Of a stretch of DNA of 64,000 nucleotides, positions 1 through 11,112 are shown in pieces; the first letter of the stretch is position 1, and every line of letters starts with the position of its first letter. Made by a program: the position numbers and the translations under genes. Below the pieces are notes generated by a model. It was not told the DNA's origin. It made no database searches and saw only the letters and a list, made by a program, of their open reading frames with translations. The stretch is taken from positions 64,001 through 128,000 of the forward strand of contig CAVOID010000010.1 of NCBI GenBank assembly GCA_963695875.1, in the 5' to 3' direction. Origin of the DNA: an uncultured delta proteobacterium. GTDB taxonomy: Bacteria > Desulfobacterota > Syntrophia > Syntrophales > UBA2185.

Positions 1-17
1 GCTCTTTAAGAATCGAT

Positions 18-347
18 GTGTCCCAGCCGACAACCATAAGACTATATGAGGTAAGGGATATAAACGTCGAGAACGCTCGGCTTATTTACAGGGCTCGACT
101 TAAAACAGAGAATATTAAGGGGCAAGCGTATCTCGAGATGTGGTGTGTCTTCCCCGGAATGGGAGAATATTTCTCTCGTTCTCTGCAGAGTCCTTTGTCA
201 GGAACTCTTGACTGGACAACACAGGAAACACCATTCTTTTTACAAAAAGGACAGAAACCGGAGTTGGTTAAGTTGAATGTCGTAATCAACGGCCAGGGGA
301 CTGTGTGGGTTGATAATATATCTTTGCTTAAAGGGCCTTTGAAATAG
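18..347 (+). CDS. Hypothetical protein, probably 5'-truncated at window edge (beta-rich, carbohydrate-binding-like C-terminus)
   Basis: ORF track 109 aa; ends with GTVWVDNISL, typical of jelly-roll domains. Confidence 0.45.
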   Translation: MSQPTTIRLYEVRDINVENARLIYRARLKTENIKGQAYLEMWCVFPGMGEYFSRSLQSPLSGTLDWTTQETPFFLQKGQKPELVKLNVVINGQGTVWVDNISLLKGPLK

Positions 348-410
348 GTCTATGATTGTCATGGCATTACCGTTCCAGCGGGAATGCATCCTCTTGTTTA
401 AGAAATGTAA

Positions 411-887
411 ATGAATCACAAATACTTGAAGCTTTTAATAAATTTATACCCACCCTATTTGGGGACGGGGATTACCGTTAAGAGTATTTCTCCGGACTAT
501 AGAGAAATATGCGTGCAGATGAAAATGAGGTGGTACAACCGTAATTATGTTAAAACTCATTTCGGCGGATCTTTATATGCAATGACAGATCCCTTCTTTA
601 TGTTAATGTTGATACACATTTTAGGAAAGGAGTTTGTTGTTTGGGATAAAGCAGCTCATATTGATTTTGTCAAACCAAGTGCAGGCACGGTCACCGCGAG
701 ATTCTTGATAAAAGAGGAACAAATCGAAGACATAATTGATAGCACTTCGGGTGGTAAAAAATATTTTCCTGAGTTTTCGGTTGATATTGTGAATGAGGCA
801 GGAGAGAAAGTAGCGCATGTGGTAAAAACCCTGTACATAAGAAGAGTGCGTATAAAGGAAGACGGAGCAGCTGATGAGCGGCTTTGA
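411..887 (+). CDS. DUF4442/PaaI-like hotdog-fold thioesterase
   Basis: [23 protein letters not shown] and [11 protein letters not shown] motifs. Confidence 0.8.
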   Translation: MNHKYLKLLINLYPPYLGTGITVKSISPDYREICVQMKMRWYNRNYVKTHFGGSLYAMTDPFFMLMLIHILGKEFVVWDKAAHIDFVKPSAGTVTARFLIKEEQIEDIIDSTSGGKKYFPEFSVDIVNEAGEKVAHVVKTLYIRRVRIKEDGAADERL

Positions 888-1635
888 GTTCGTTCTCGTA
901 GGACTTGCCGCTATCGCAGGAGGCGCGGTGAATGCCCTTGCCGGCGGCGGCACACTCATCACATTTCCGACGCTGATTGCGGTAGGTGTGCCGGCAGTAG
1001 CCGCCAACGTAACTAATACAGTAGCGCTCTGCCCTGGCTACCTGGGAGGGACCTTCGCACAGATGAAGGACCTGCGTGGGCAGGAGAGTCGTCTGTGGTT
1101 TTTCCTGCCGATTTGTATGCTGGGTGGAATTGTAGGCGGCATTTTACTCTTGAACACAGGTGAGCAGTTGTTTAGCGCGCTGGTTCCGTACCTCATTTTG
1201 CTCGCCGCGGGGCTGCTTGCTGTACAGGATCCCTTGCGTACCTGGATCGCGCGTCGTGTCGAGCGGGAGGAATCAGCAGCGGCCCACCAGAAGTGGTCGA
1301 CACTGGCGCTTATCTCAGCTGCTGTCTATGGGGGTTATTTTGGCGCAGGGATGAGCGTGATCGTGCTCGCAGTGCTCGGTCTCGTGCTGGATGACACGCT
1401 GACGCGGCTCAACGCGTTGAAACAGGCCATCGCCTTCAGCGTCAATATCGCGGCCGCCATCTACTTCCTGTTCTCGGGACAGGTATTATGGCCGGTAATG
1501 CTGGTGATGGCTGTAGGCGCGCTGGCGGGTGGAGCACTGGGCGGCCGACTGGCGGGCTGGATTCGACCCGTCGTGTTACGCTGGATCGTCGTTGCGATTG
1601 GCATCTTTGTCGCTTTAATTTATCTGGTACGATAA
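874..1635 (+). CDS. Sulfite exporter TauE/SafE family membrane protein
   Basis: [13 protein letters not shown] and YGGYFGAG motifs; many TM segments. Confidence 0.9.
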   Translation: MSGFEFVLVGLAAIAGGAVNALAGGGTLITFPTLIAVGVPAVAANVTNTVALCPGYLGGTFAQMKDLRGQESRLWFFLPICMLGGIVGGILLLNTGEQLFSALVPYLILLAAGLLAVQDPLRTWIARRVEREESAAAHQKWSTLALISAAVYGGYFGAGMSVIVLAVLGLVLDDTLTRLNALKQAIAFSVNIAAAIYFLFSGQVLWPVMLVMAVGALAGGALGGRLAGWIRPVVLRWIVVAIGIFVALIYLVR

Positions 1636-1661
1636 ACTATGATTCTATTCTGAGGTGTAAA

Positions 1662-2213
1662 ATGAAAACTGGATTAATTTTAATCGATATTCAGAATGAT
1701 TATTTCCCCGGCGGGAATATGGAACTCGTCGCGATGGAACGGGCTGCGCAAAATGCAGTGTTGCTGCTTAAGAAGTTCAGGGAAAAGCAATTCGCTGTCT
1801 TTCATATTCAGCATGTTTCAAAGCGTCCCGGGGCGACATTCTTCCTGCCAAACACAAATGGTGTTGAGATACACAAATCAGTGGCTCCACAGCCTGATGA
1901 AGTCATCATTGAAAAGTACTACCCAAATGCCTTCAGAGATACTGATTTATTGGGGGCTATTAAGAGATCAGGGGTGGATGAAGTTGTAATTTGCGGAGCA
2001 ATGACTCACATGTGTGTCGATGCGACAACACGCGCGGCATTTGATTTTGGATTCCGGTGTACTGTTATTGAAGATGCCTGCGCCACACGCAATCTCGAAT
2101 ATAAAGGGATATTAGTAGAGGCAAGCAAGGTTCAGGCGGCATTCATGGCGGCACTGGCTGTGCCTTATGCAAAGGTAATATCCGCGAATGACTTTGTTAC
2201 TAAATTTGCATAA
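1662..2213 (+). CDS. Cysteine hydrolase / isochorismatase family
   Basis: LILIDIQNDYFPGG, K..PNAF, THMCVDAT; RBS GAGG before ATG 1662. Confidence 0.9.
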   Translation: MKTGLILIDIQNDYFPGGNMELVAMERAAQNAVLLLKKFREKQFAVFHIQHVSKRPGATFFLPNTNGVEIHKSVAPQPDEVIIEKYYPNAFRDTDLLGAIKRSGVDEVVICGAMTHMCVDATTRAAFDFGFRCTVIEDACATRNLEYKGILVEASKVQAAFMAALAVPYAKVISANDFVTKFA

Positions 2214-2255
2214 CTATAGGTTTGACCTGGAAAAGACTAAACGGAGTGAACCAGG

Positions 2256-2906
2256 GTGAAGGAAATATTGGACGCCCAGCGCCAGTATTGGCAGGAAACT
2301 TTGGTCCGGAATCCTGATATGTTTGGCCTTGAACCGAGCGAACCCGCCAGGGCTTCAGCGGAGCTGTTCAAGAAAGAAGGCAAAACCAGGATTCTCGAAC
2401 TTGGCGGCGGGCAGGGACGGGATACACTCTTCTTTGCCGGGAATGGTTTCGAGATCGCAGTGCTCGATTACTCCGACAGCGCGGTTAAGACAATTGCTGA
2501 TAAGGCGCGTAAACTTGGTTTATCCGGTTATCTCACCACGCTGAGGCATGATGTCAGAGAACGGCTTCCCTTCGATGATGAAACCATGGATGGCTGCTTT
2601 TCGCACATGCTTTATTGTATGGCACTGACGACTTCGGAGCTTGAGTTTCTCTCCCAGGAGGTGAGAAGGGTTCTGCGTCCAAACGGCCTGCATGTCTATA
2701 CAGTCAGACATACCAAAGACCCTCACTATGGAAAGGGCATTCACCGAGGTGAGGATATGTATGAATACGGCGGATTCATCGTTCATTTTTTCAGCAGGGA
2801 CAAAGTGGAACGCCTCGCAAAAGGCTATGAGATTGTCGGTATCGATGAGTTTGAAGAAGGGGAACTTCCCCGAAAGCTGTTTCGTGTGACACTCAGAAAG
2901 AGATAG
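2256..2906 (+). CDS. Class I SAM-dependent methyltransferase
   Basis: ILELGGGQGRD motif I; RVLRPNG. Confidence 0.85.
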   Translation: MKEILDAQRQYWQETLVRNPDMFGLEPSEPARASAELFKKEGKTRILELGGGQGRDTLFFAGNGFEIAVLDYSDSAVKTIADKARKLGLSGYLTTLRHDVRERLPFDDETMDGCFSHMLYCMALTTSELEFLSQEVRRVLRPNGLHVYTVRHTKDPHYGKGIHRGEDMYEYGGFIVHFFSRDKVERLAKGYEIVGIDEFEEGELPRKLFRVTLRKR

Positions 2907-3012
2907 GCATGACATATACCGTCTATATTTCCGGCTTCAGGCCTCGTTGGCCTATATCCGGCAGCAAAATATTAATTTTTTAATTACTGCGATCTGATTA
3001 GAGGGTTGAAAG

Positions 3013-3237
3013 ATGAATTTCAAACTAATATTGATTATCATCCTTACAAGTCTTGTTGTGACATTCATTACCCAAAATGTTGCTGTTGTGGAAGTTAGCT
3101 TTCTATTCTGGAGCGTTTCAATGTCGCGCGCACTGTTGATATTTCTTTTATTGGTTATCGGGTTTATTCTCGGGTGGTTCTTGCACAGCTACTTGTCTTA
3201 TCGGAAATCAAAGGATGAGTTTTCTGATGCCTTATAA
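3013..3237 (+). CDS. LapA/DUF1049-family small membrane protein
   Basis: Two TM helices around QN..VV.VSFLFW. Confidence 0.75.
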   Translation: MNFKLILIIILTSLVVTFITQNVAVVEVSFLFWSVSMSRALLIFLLLVIGFILGWFLHSYLSYRKSKDEFSDAL

Positions 3238-3352
3238 TTTTAAATAAAATATTTTCCCGCTTTCTGTTCTCAATTTTTTATGCTATATAATAAGCGAAAT
3301 TTCCTATCTTTTTAATGGAAAGACCTTTGAAAAATGTATCTTTTCTATAATT

Positions 3353-3479
3353 CTCATGAAGTTTATCCCCCGCTAAGGCGGGAAACTATACGATAAATAC
3401 TAGATTCCAGCCTCCACGGAAATGACACATCAGGTAAAGCGGGAAAGACATTAAAAAGTCTGATTTCGTGGGAATGACT
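3353..3479. repeat. Degenerate palindromic intergenic repeat (CCCGC..AGGCGGGAA / GGAATGAC type)
   Basis: CCCCCGCTAAGGCGGGAA, TAGATTCCAGCCTCCACGGAAATGAC, GGGAATGAC; resembles REP/RPE-type repeats. Confidence 0.45.
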
Positions 3480-3561
3480 ATTGAGATCATTTATAGCAAA
3501 ACCTGAAACGTTCATTGCATGAATTATTTTAAATACTCAACTAAAATAAGGAGCCTTACTA

Positions 3562-5701
3562 ATGACAAGTCCGAACATCAATCTTCACGACCGTCTTCGT
3601 TCACTGGCTATGAACCTTTGGTGGACATGGCACCCGGAGGTCATCAGCCTTTTCACTGACTTGGACCCACATCTTTGGCGCCAGGTCGACCATAACCCGA
3701 TTGCATTCCTGAATCAGATCACACCTGAACAAGTAGAGGAACGAGCCTCTGAACTGGTACTCCACAGCCGCATAAACTACGCCTTCCGGCGGCTCCATGA
3801 ATATATCACGAAGGACAGGACATGGGGAGTCATGCACTGCGGCAATCTAAACAACCGTCCGGTAGTCTATTTTTCCGCCGAGTTCGGCCTGCATGAATCG
3901 CTGCCGATATACTCCGGCGGGTTAGGTATCCTGTCAGGAGATCACCTGAAAAGCGCCTCTGATCTGGGAGTGCCTTTGATCGGAATCGGGCTTCTATACC
4001 AGCAAGGTTATTTCAGTCAGCGCCTGAACAAGGACGGTTGGCAGGAAGAAGATTACGTCAACCTTGATGTCAACAACCTTACCTCTGCAAGCCGTTATGG
4101 ATTCGAGCGGACAGCCATTAATCGTGCGGGTTGATACCAGGCATAATCCACTCAGCGCCCGTGTCTGGCAGGTTCAGGTGGGACGGGTTCGTCTGTTGCT
4201 GCTTGATTCCAATGTCGAGGGCAACTCGGCCGAAGATCGCCAATTGACTTCGCGACTCTACGGCGGCGACATCAGGTTGCGCATTCGACAGGAACTGCTG
4301 CTTGGGATTGGTGGTGCGCGAATCTTACAAGCGCTGAATATTTTCCCTGGGGTGCTGCATTTAAACGAGGGGCACAGCGCCTTTGCCATCCTCGAAGAGA
4401 TCCGCCGCACCATGGAGTATGACCAGATTCCGTTCCACCGCGCTCTCCGGCGTGTTTCATTGCGTACGGTTTTTACCACGCATACTCCTGTAGCCGCCGG
4501 CCATGACCGGTTCTCACCGGAGCTGGTCGAAGAAAATCTCGGCGTATTCAGGGAAAATTTGGGGCTGTCCCATGACGATTTTATGGCCCTGGGACGTATC
4601 AATCCGTATGACAAGTCGGAGCCCTTTTGCATGACAGTTCTTGCTTTAAAGTCCTCATGCCGGGCAAACGGCGTCTCGGCGATTCATGGCACTGTCAGCC
4701 GTCTGATGTGGCATCCTCTCTGGCCGACGCGGCCCGAGGCAGAAGTTCCAATCGGCCACATTACCAATGGGGTGCATGTTTTATCGTGGCTGGCGCCACA
4801 GATGTACCAATTGTTTGAAACACGCCTTGGGCAGGATTGGCCCACACGGCTGGTACACCCGGACATCTGGGAAAAAGTGGACGACATTGATGATGGAGAG
4901 ATGTGGGAAACGCATCAGAGTCTGAAGATGCGACTCATTCGCTTTGTCCGCCGGCGCCTGCAACTACAGGCAGAGCGTCTGGGCCACCGCGGGACAATCA
5001 AAGAAATCGATCAGATTCTTGATCCTGATGTTCTCACAATCGGCTGCGCCCGCAGGTTCGCAACCTATAAGCGGGGAGACCTGATTTTGTCCCAGGCCGA
5101 ACGCCTGGCCAAATTAGTTACAGACAAGGATCGACCAATACAGATAATTTTTGCCGGGAAAGCCCACCCGCGGGATGATGATGGAAAGCGTCTACTGCAG
5201 CGAATTGCCCAATACAGCTATAACCCCTCCAACAGAAGGAGAATCGTTTTCGTGGAAAACTACGATTACAACCTGGCCCGCCACCTTGTGCAGGGAGTAG
5301 ATGTGTGGTTGAACACGCCCCGCCGGCCCTTAGAGGCATGCGGCACCAGCGGCCAGAAGGTAGTTCTTAACGGAGGACTGAACCTTTCGGTTCTCGATGG
5401 CTGGTGGAATGAAGCGTATGACGGCAAGAATGGTTTTGCCATCGGTCATGGCGGAATGAACAATGACGAGAGCGTGCAATACAAGAGGGACGCCGAATAC
5501 CTTTATGAGACACTCGAAAAAGAAGTGATCCCTCTCTACTACGAGAGAGACGCAAGTGGAATCCCTCATCACTGGGTAGAGAGGATGAAACATGCAATGA
5601 AAAGTCTCGGTTGGCGCTTCAGTGCGGATCGTATGGTTATAGATTATGCCCACTGTTCATATCTGCCTGCGGCGAGCGCCATCTCAACCGAAATGTTATA
5701 G
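3562..5701 (+). CDS. glgP: Alpha-glucan (glycogen) phosphorylase, one frameshift near 4080
   Basis: ORFs 3562-4134 and 4064-5701 join; YFSAEFG, YSGGLG, HLNEGH, ARRFATYKR, EACGTSGQK motifs. Confidence 0.92.
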
Positions 5702-5772
5702 TTTCTTTTATTAGCCCTGCCATACCTTGCAAAACGATAGATGTGTACAGTGCGTCTGACCGAGGGAGAGCT

Positions 5773-6267
5773 ATGGTGGCACATGTCATAGCAATATTGC
5801 GTATCATCACAGGTACAGTTGGCCTCTTCTTCGGCTACTATGAGTTTTTCGACAATGATCTGGAAGCTGCACTGGATATTATCACCGTAACTGCGGTTGG
5901 GATCGTCGGGCTCCTGAGCTTCGTCGGCCATCTCATATTTCACAAGAGTGATGCCCGACGGCTGGGCTGGGAATCATCGACTCCTTACTACCAGTACGAA
6001 GTAGGGTTTGCCCACCTCGCCTTCTCACTGGCCGCAATCTTCACCTTTTTCGGTAACTGGGGACTTGCAGCTAAGATCCTGGCCATACTGGGCTACGCGC
6101 TATATCTCTTGCAGGTGGGTATACTTTACACCTGGAGATGCTATTCCGAACACATAGTCTTTTCCCGTTATTTCTTGAGGCATGCCATAGCGACCCTCAT
6201 ATATGTCGGAATGATGATCTATTTTGTAATCAGAGTAATGGCAATAACACATCTTACCCTGTTCTGA
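5773..6267 (+). CDS. Four-TM hypothetical membrane protein (DUF6790-like)
   Basis: ARRLGW...YQYEVGFA motif; hydrophobic segments. Confidence 0.6.
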   Translation: MVAHVIAILRIITGTVGLFFGYYEFFDNDLEAALDIITVTAVGIVGLLSFVGHLIFHKSDARRLGWESSTPYYQYEVGFAHLAFSLAAIFTFFGNWGLAAKILAILGYALYLLQVGILYTWRCYSEHIVFSRYFLRHAIATLIYVGMMIYFVIRVMAITHLTLF

Positions 6268-6390
6268 GCAGGATCATGGGTTAAAGAGCCATTCACACCG
6301 CCCCGCGGGTACGACTCTAATCAGTTGCACATAATAAAACCGAGATGGATTTGCTGCTGAGTTTTTCAGAGTGCTTCAGGATGATGCATC

Positions 6391-7290
6391 ATGGAAATAC
6401 CGCCATTTCATCCCTTTCGATCAACAAAGGCAAAAGAGCAATATCTGCGTCTGTATGATATGAGGGCGAAGAAGTGGCCTGTCCCTTCCGAGACCGGGAT
6501 GGTGGATACTTCTTACGGACAAACATTTATTCGGATCAGCGGGCCCGTTGATGCCCCGCCACTGGTGCTATTGCATGGAGGCAGCGGCAATTCACTACAG
6601 TGGATACCGAACATAAAAGAATTATCCGGATTTTTTAAAACCTATGCTGTGGACAATATCTATGACTATGGGCGGAGTGTATACACGCGACCCATCAAGA
6701 ATCCGGATGACTTTGTGAACTGGCTTGATGCGCTGTTCAACGTGCTTGAGCTTGGAGTCAATATCAATCTTATGGGCCTGTCTTATGGGGGCTGGCTGAC
6801 AAGCCTATACGCCCTCCGCTTTCCCCATCGCCTTGATAAAATAGTCCTATTGGCGCCGGCCTTTACTGTGTTACGCGTGCGGTTAAAGTGGATCATACGC
6901 GCAATCGTCGGTTCATTGCCCTATCGCCGCTTTGCCAGGAGTTTCATGTGCTGGCTGGCGGAGGATTTAGTGCATAAAGATGAAGCCGGTCGTATAATGG
7001 CAGAAGAAATGGCGGATGATGCGTTCATGGCTATGCGGTGTTTTAAGCCGAAGCGTATGGTATATCCGACAGTTTTGAAGGACGAGGAATTACAGAGCAT
7101 CAAGGTACCGACGCTTTTTTTGGTCGGTGAAAACGAAAAACTCTATTCCGCGCAGAAAGCCGCACAGCGCCTGAATAAGGTAGCGCCCCTTATAAAAGCA
7201 GAGATTATTCCCAATGCCGGTCATGACTTGACAATTGTGCAGGCTGAGATAGTTAATAGGAAGGTCCTCGATTTTCTGAAAAAACCGTGA
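6391..7290 (+). CDS. Alpha/beta hydrolase
   Basis: LLHGG, GLSYGG nucleophile elbow, AGH. Confidence 0.9.
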   Translation: MEIPPFHPFRSTKAKEQYLRLYDMRAKKWPVPSETGMVDTSYGQTFIRISGPVDAPPLVLLHGGSGNSLQWIPNIKELSGFFKTYAVDNIYDYGRSVYTRPIKNPDDFVNWLDALFNVLELGVNINLMGLSYGGWLTSLYALRFPHRLDKIVLLAPAFTVLRVRLKWIIRAIVGSLPYRRFARSFMCWLAEDLVHKDEAGRIMAEEMADDAFMAMRCFKPKRMVYPTVLKDEELQSIKVPTLFLVGENEKLYSAQKAAQRLNKVAPLIKAEIIPNAGHDLTIVQAEIVNRKVLDFLKKP

Positions 7291-7380
7291 CTCTTCTGTG
7301 CATGAAGGAAATTGGTGTTGAATCTTTGAAGGAACGAAATGTTATCCTGATTAGATGCTTGAGCGCGGGAGATTAAATCT

Positions 7381-7620
7381 ATGATTGATGAACGAGTTCA
7401 AGTCGAATGCCATAGCGGCTACAAAGCCAACGAACGGCCCGTAGCGTTTACCTATCAGGGACGTCGCCGGGAAGTGAAAGAAATTATCGATCGCTGGTAT
7501 GAGGGGGGTCTTGATCCGACCCGACCGGAAATAGACTATTTCAAGGTAAGAACCACCGACGGCCAGGTCTTTATCCTCCGCTATCTTTCCCTCTTTGATG
7601 CCTGGTCCATCCGCACTTAA
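7381..7620 (+). CDS. Small conserved hypothetical protein (DUF6504-like)
   Basis: ERPVAF...V.EIIDRWY...DYFKVRT pattern. Confidence 0.6.
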   Translation: MIDERVQVECHSGYKANERPVAFTYQGRRREVKEIIDRWYEGGLDPTRPEIDYFKVRTTDGQVFILRYLSLFDAWSIRT

Positions 7621-8516
7621 TGCTTGTCGCTCGCAGCCGGCTCTCCAATTTCCTTCAAGAGTAGTTCAAGCTCCTCCCGGTTAAACTGATACCTCCTGCG
7701 GCAGAATTCACAAGTCACCTCGGCTTCTCCCTGTTCGGCAATCAGGGCGGCTATGTCTTTGCTTCCAAGGGATATCAGGACACGCTCTATCCTTTCCCGG
7801 TTGCATGTGCACTTCAGGATAAGCTCTCTATTGTCCAGGGTGTGATAGGGAATCCCCTCGAAAATGATTTCCAGCATATCTTCCGGGGTCTTGCCGGAGC
7901 GCAGTATCTGTGTGACCGGCGGCAAGTTTTCGAGGCGTGTGATTAATTTGCCGACAATCTCTTCGTCAGACGGCGGAAGTGACTGAATCAGGAAGCCGCC
8001 GGAAGCGCTCACTACTCCTGTCGGTTCGACAAAGACACCAAGCCCAACGGCTGAGGGGATCTGCTCCGATTCAGCAAAATAAAAGGCAATATCCTCTGCG
8101 ATCCCGCCGGTACGTAACTCTACGATGCCTTTATACGGTTCCCCCAAGCCTATGTCTTTCATTACGGTGAGAAATCCCTTTTGGCCCAGCACCCTGGACA
8201 CATCCAGCTTCCCTTCCTTCAACGGCACGTCGGCATCGGGCACTGCCACAAAGCCCCGTACTGCTCCGCTGCTATCCGCTTCCACGATTATCTTCCTGAG
8301 GGGGCCGTCCGCCTCAAACTTGAGGGCCAGCCGTTGATCATCCTTCAATAGGGCCGCCATCATTACACCCCCGGTCAGGGCGCGTCCCAGCGCAGCACAG
8401 GCTGTAGGTGAAGTGCCGTGCAGATGACAAGCGTCATTTACAAGGTTGGTGGTCACGCAGGCCAGTCCCAATACATTCAATTTTTCACTGATGACCCTAA
8501 CCAGGTAATTTTTCAT
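7617..8516 (-). CDS. hslO: Hsp33 redox-regulated chaperone
   Basis: [12 protein letters not shown], CxC and CxxC Zn ligands (CTC, CEFC). Confidence 0.95.
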   Translation of the reverse strand: MKNYLVRVISEKLNVLGLACVTTNLVNDACHLHGTSPTACAALGRALTGGVMMAALLKDDQRLALKFEADGPLRKIIVEADSSGAVRGFVAVPDADVPLKEGKLDVSRVLGQKGFLTVMKDIGLGEPYKGIVELRTGGIAEDIAFYFAESEQIPSAVGLGVFVEPTGVVSASGGFLIQSLPPSDEEIVGKLITRLENLPPVTQILRSGKTPEDMLEIIFEGIPYHTLDNRELILKCTCNRERIERVLISLGSKDIAALIAEQGEAEVTCEFCRRRYQFNREELELLLKEIGEPAASDKH

Positions 8517-8534
8517 GAACGGCATTCCTTTTTT

Positions 8535-8569
8535 TGTCATTGCGAGGCATGAAATGCCGTGGCAATCCC
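8535..8569 (+). repeat. REP-like repeat, TGTCATTGCGAG...GGCAATC family
   Basis: Related copies at 37401, 52792, 54065 (inverse half) and 19387. Confidence 0.6.
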
Positions 8570-8678
8570 ATCATATTTCTTCGTATCTCTCCCAACAAAC
8601 TTCCCCTCTCTCATCGAGGGAAAGGGAACCGGGTTGTTTCGGGTCTATGTCTTGAACCAGCCTGTATTTCATATGACA

Positions 8679-10251
8679 TTATGAGGATTCAGCGATTTCC
8701 AGAATCTTATCCACATTGAAGACCCGCTTTTCCCGGCGCGTCATACAGAGAGCCTCCAGGCCGACAAAAGGATGGCCATTGTATTCCATGTCGCCGACGA
8801 CCAGGGGCCTGATAAGGCGTCGGGACTTCTCATCCTTGGCCTTGAGATACACGATTTCCAGGGTCTGTTTTTTCATGATGGCCTTCTCGAGAAGCTGCAT
8901 TTTCTTTTCCCTGGGCAACTGCCGTTCAGCCCGGTCGTACTGACAGCGTGTCAGGAATTTCACCACCTGCCAGTCCATCAGGATGTGTTTCTTCTGCAGC
9001 GGCTTCATCAGGACAATGCCGTCCAGAGTAGTGCAGCGGGACAGGGCCACATACATCTGGCCGTGGGCGAAGGTACCTTTGCCTACGTCAATGATAGCCC
9101 TCTCAAAGGTCTTCCCCTGGCTTTTGTGGATCGTGACGGCAAAGGCAAGCCTTACAGGAAACTGGGTAAACGATCCTACAGATTTGGAGGTAAGCTCACC
9201 GTTCTTGAGATAAAAATGAAATATCTCCCACGTATAGGGTTCAATTTCCACCTTCTTACCGTTATCCAGTCTGGCAATGATGATATCCTGTCCTTCTTCA
9301 TCCTTATTGATGCCTACCATTTTTCCCACAGTACCGTTCACCCATCGTCCCGATGAATCGTTGTTGAGGAGCATGATCTGGGCTCCCTTCTTTAGCTTGA
9401 GCTCCAGAGCCGTCGGCAGGTATTGCTCGCCAAAGTCGCCTTCAACGATGCCATAGACCGACCGGGTCCTGCCGGGCAATTTTGCAAGCTCCTCCTCATT
9501 GAGACGATCGGCCATCTCGTTTGTGGTAGTGAGATAAATGTAAAAATCGTCAGGAGGGGCTACGAAGCTGGGAGCGAAAGCGCTGATTGAGCTGAACGAG
9601 ATCATTATCGGTTACGGTGCGGTTGCGGATGGTGTTCAGGAGGCGGATAAACTCGTCGTCCTTCTGACGGTAGATTTTTTCCAGTTCAACGAATTCCCAG
9701 TCCAGACCCTGAAAGGCCCTCGCGCTGAAAAAGTATGGGGTCGTGTAATGTTCCCGGAAGATTTCCCTTTCATGACCCGTCACGACGGGCGGAAGCTGAT
9801 AGAGGTCGCCGATGAAGATCATCTGGACGCCGCCGAAGGGAAGTTTCTCGTCAGGGCCGTTGAGGCGCAGGAATTTATCCATGCAATCTAAAAGATCCGC
9901 CCGCACCATGGAGATCTCATCGATGACGATCGTCTCCAGCTTCCTGTAAACATTTTTTTTCTCATCACGAATTTTTTTACGAATTGCCCGCAGGGTCACA
10001 TCGGGCTTGAAGCCAAAGAAGGAATGAATCGTCTGCCCCCGCACATTGACAGCGGCCACGCCCGTCGGCGCCAGGACAACCGCCTTTTTGTCCGTATGTT
10101 CGCAAAAGTAAGTGAGCAGAGTAGACTTCCCCGTTCCCGCCCGACCTGTGATAAAGACATTCCTGTGAGTCTTCTCCATGAAATCCAGGGCACGCTGGAA
10201 CTGGGGATTGAAATCGATGGCAGACATATCGGTGGCTTTTTTTGCTTTCAT
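8679..10251 (-). CDS. Pif1/RecD-like SF1B helicase with C-terminal WYL-like domain; one frameshift near 9578
   Basis: TGRAGTGKS, DEISM, GDLYQLPPV, TIHKSQG, YVALSR; C-terminus AI..V.I.Y...S.R.IRP...A.C..R.E.R.F.VDKI is WYL-like. Confidence 0.88.
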
Positions 10252-10378
10252 CTTGGGTGGAACTTCGGTTTATTTTCCATGTTTACCATCTTAATCTTAA
10301 TAAGTGAAATATGGCAAGCGATTTGCGATAAGTGGAAAGAAATATGACCGTTTTTCCATGTTTTATGTTATAATATAA

Positions 10379-10450
10379 AATAAGTGGAAAATCCGTCCGC
10401 CTATATGTGATTATATGGCGGACAATTTTCCACTTATTACACTGTTAGAG
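10379..10450 (+). promoter_or_regulatory. Putative attI site / array leader with long inverted repeat
   Basis: GTTAGAG at 10444-10450 is the exact complement of cassette-1 R'' CTCTAAC (11030-11036); perfect 14-bp IR AATAAGTGGAAAAT/ATTTTCCACTTATT (10379-10392/10425-10438); extended -10 TGTTATAAT just upstream. Confidence 0.65.
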
Positions 10451-10456
10451 GTTCAA

Positions 10457-11035
10457 ATGGACTATTGGCAACAGCTTATAGCAATTATACTTACGCCCAC
10501 GTTATCAGTAGCTGCACTGGCCTGGATTTTAAAATCCTTGTTCAGTAGTGGACTACAGCGAGATCTTGAACGTTATAAGAGAGAGTTAGATGCCAAGCAA
10601 TTTGAACAGCAGACACGATTCTCCCTGATTCACCAAAAGCGAGCTGAAGTGATTTCAGAACTGTATGCTTGTCTTGCACGCGCAAAGGCGCGGCTTGGAG
10701 AGTTAGTCGCTATTTTTCAGCCCGGTGGGCAATCCCTTATCGAAAAAAGGAAAGTAACTGCTGAGGCATATAATCAGGCAAACTCATATTTTCACGAACG
10801 TAGGATCTTTCTGCCTGAGGAAATTGCTGAGAACGTAGATGCAGTTCTTGAAGCTATGAGAGATGCATTCGTAGAGTTTGATACCGCCCAAATGGGAAAC
10901 GAAGAATACAAACCAGACAACACGGGGCTTTGGATACAATCCTTTAATAAAGTACGGGACAAATTGCCACCGTTAATGAAAAAAATGGAAGAACAGTTTC
11001 GTTTTGAAATAGGTGCTATCGATAACAACCTCTAA
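10457..11035 (+). CDS. Integron cassette 1: N-terminal TM plus coiled-coil protein of unknown function
   Basis: GAGG RBS and ATG 10457 right after GTTAGAG; stop TAA lies within the attC R'' box. Confidence 0.75.
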   Translation: MDYWQQLIAIILTPTLSVAALAWILKSLFSSGLQRDLERYKRELDAKQFEQQTRFSLIHQKRAEVISELYACLARAKARLGELVAIFQPGGQSLIEKRKVTAEAYNQANSYFHERRIFLPEEIAENVDAVLEAMRDAFVEFDTAQMGNEEYKPDNTGLWIQSFNKVRDKLPPLMKKMEEQFRFEIGAIDNNL

Positions 11036-11103
11036 CCTCATGCTTTACTCGGACTGGTGCTACGCTGCCGCTCCGCATCAGCCGGTAAGCATGGCCGTTC
11101 GCA
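11030..11103 (+). mobile_element. attC site 1
   Basis: CTCTAAC ... ATGCTTTAC/GTAAGCAT arms ... GTTCGCA. Confidence 0.85.
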
Positions 11104-11112
11104 GGAGTTATT

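Noticed and set aside
2931..2952. CCGGCTTCAGGCCTCGTTGGCC as an attC right half; similarly ACACAAC...ATGGAGTGA near 16868-16890 as a left half
   Set aside because: No complementary arm or matching R box was found; too short to support.
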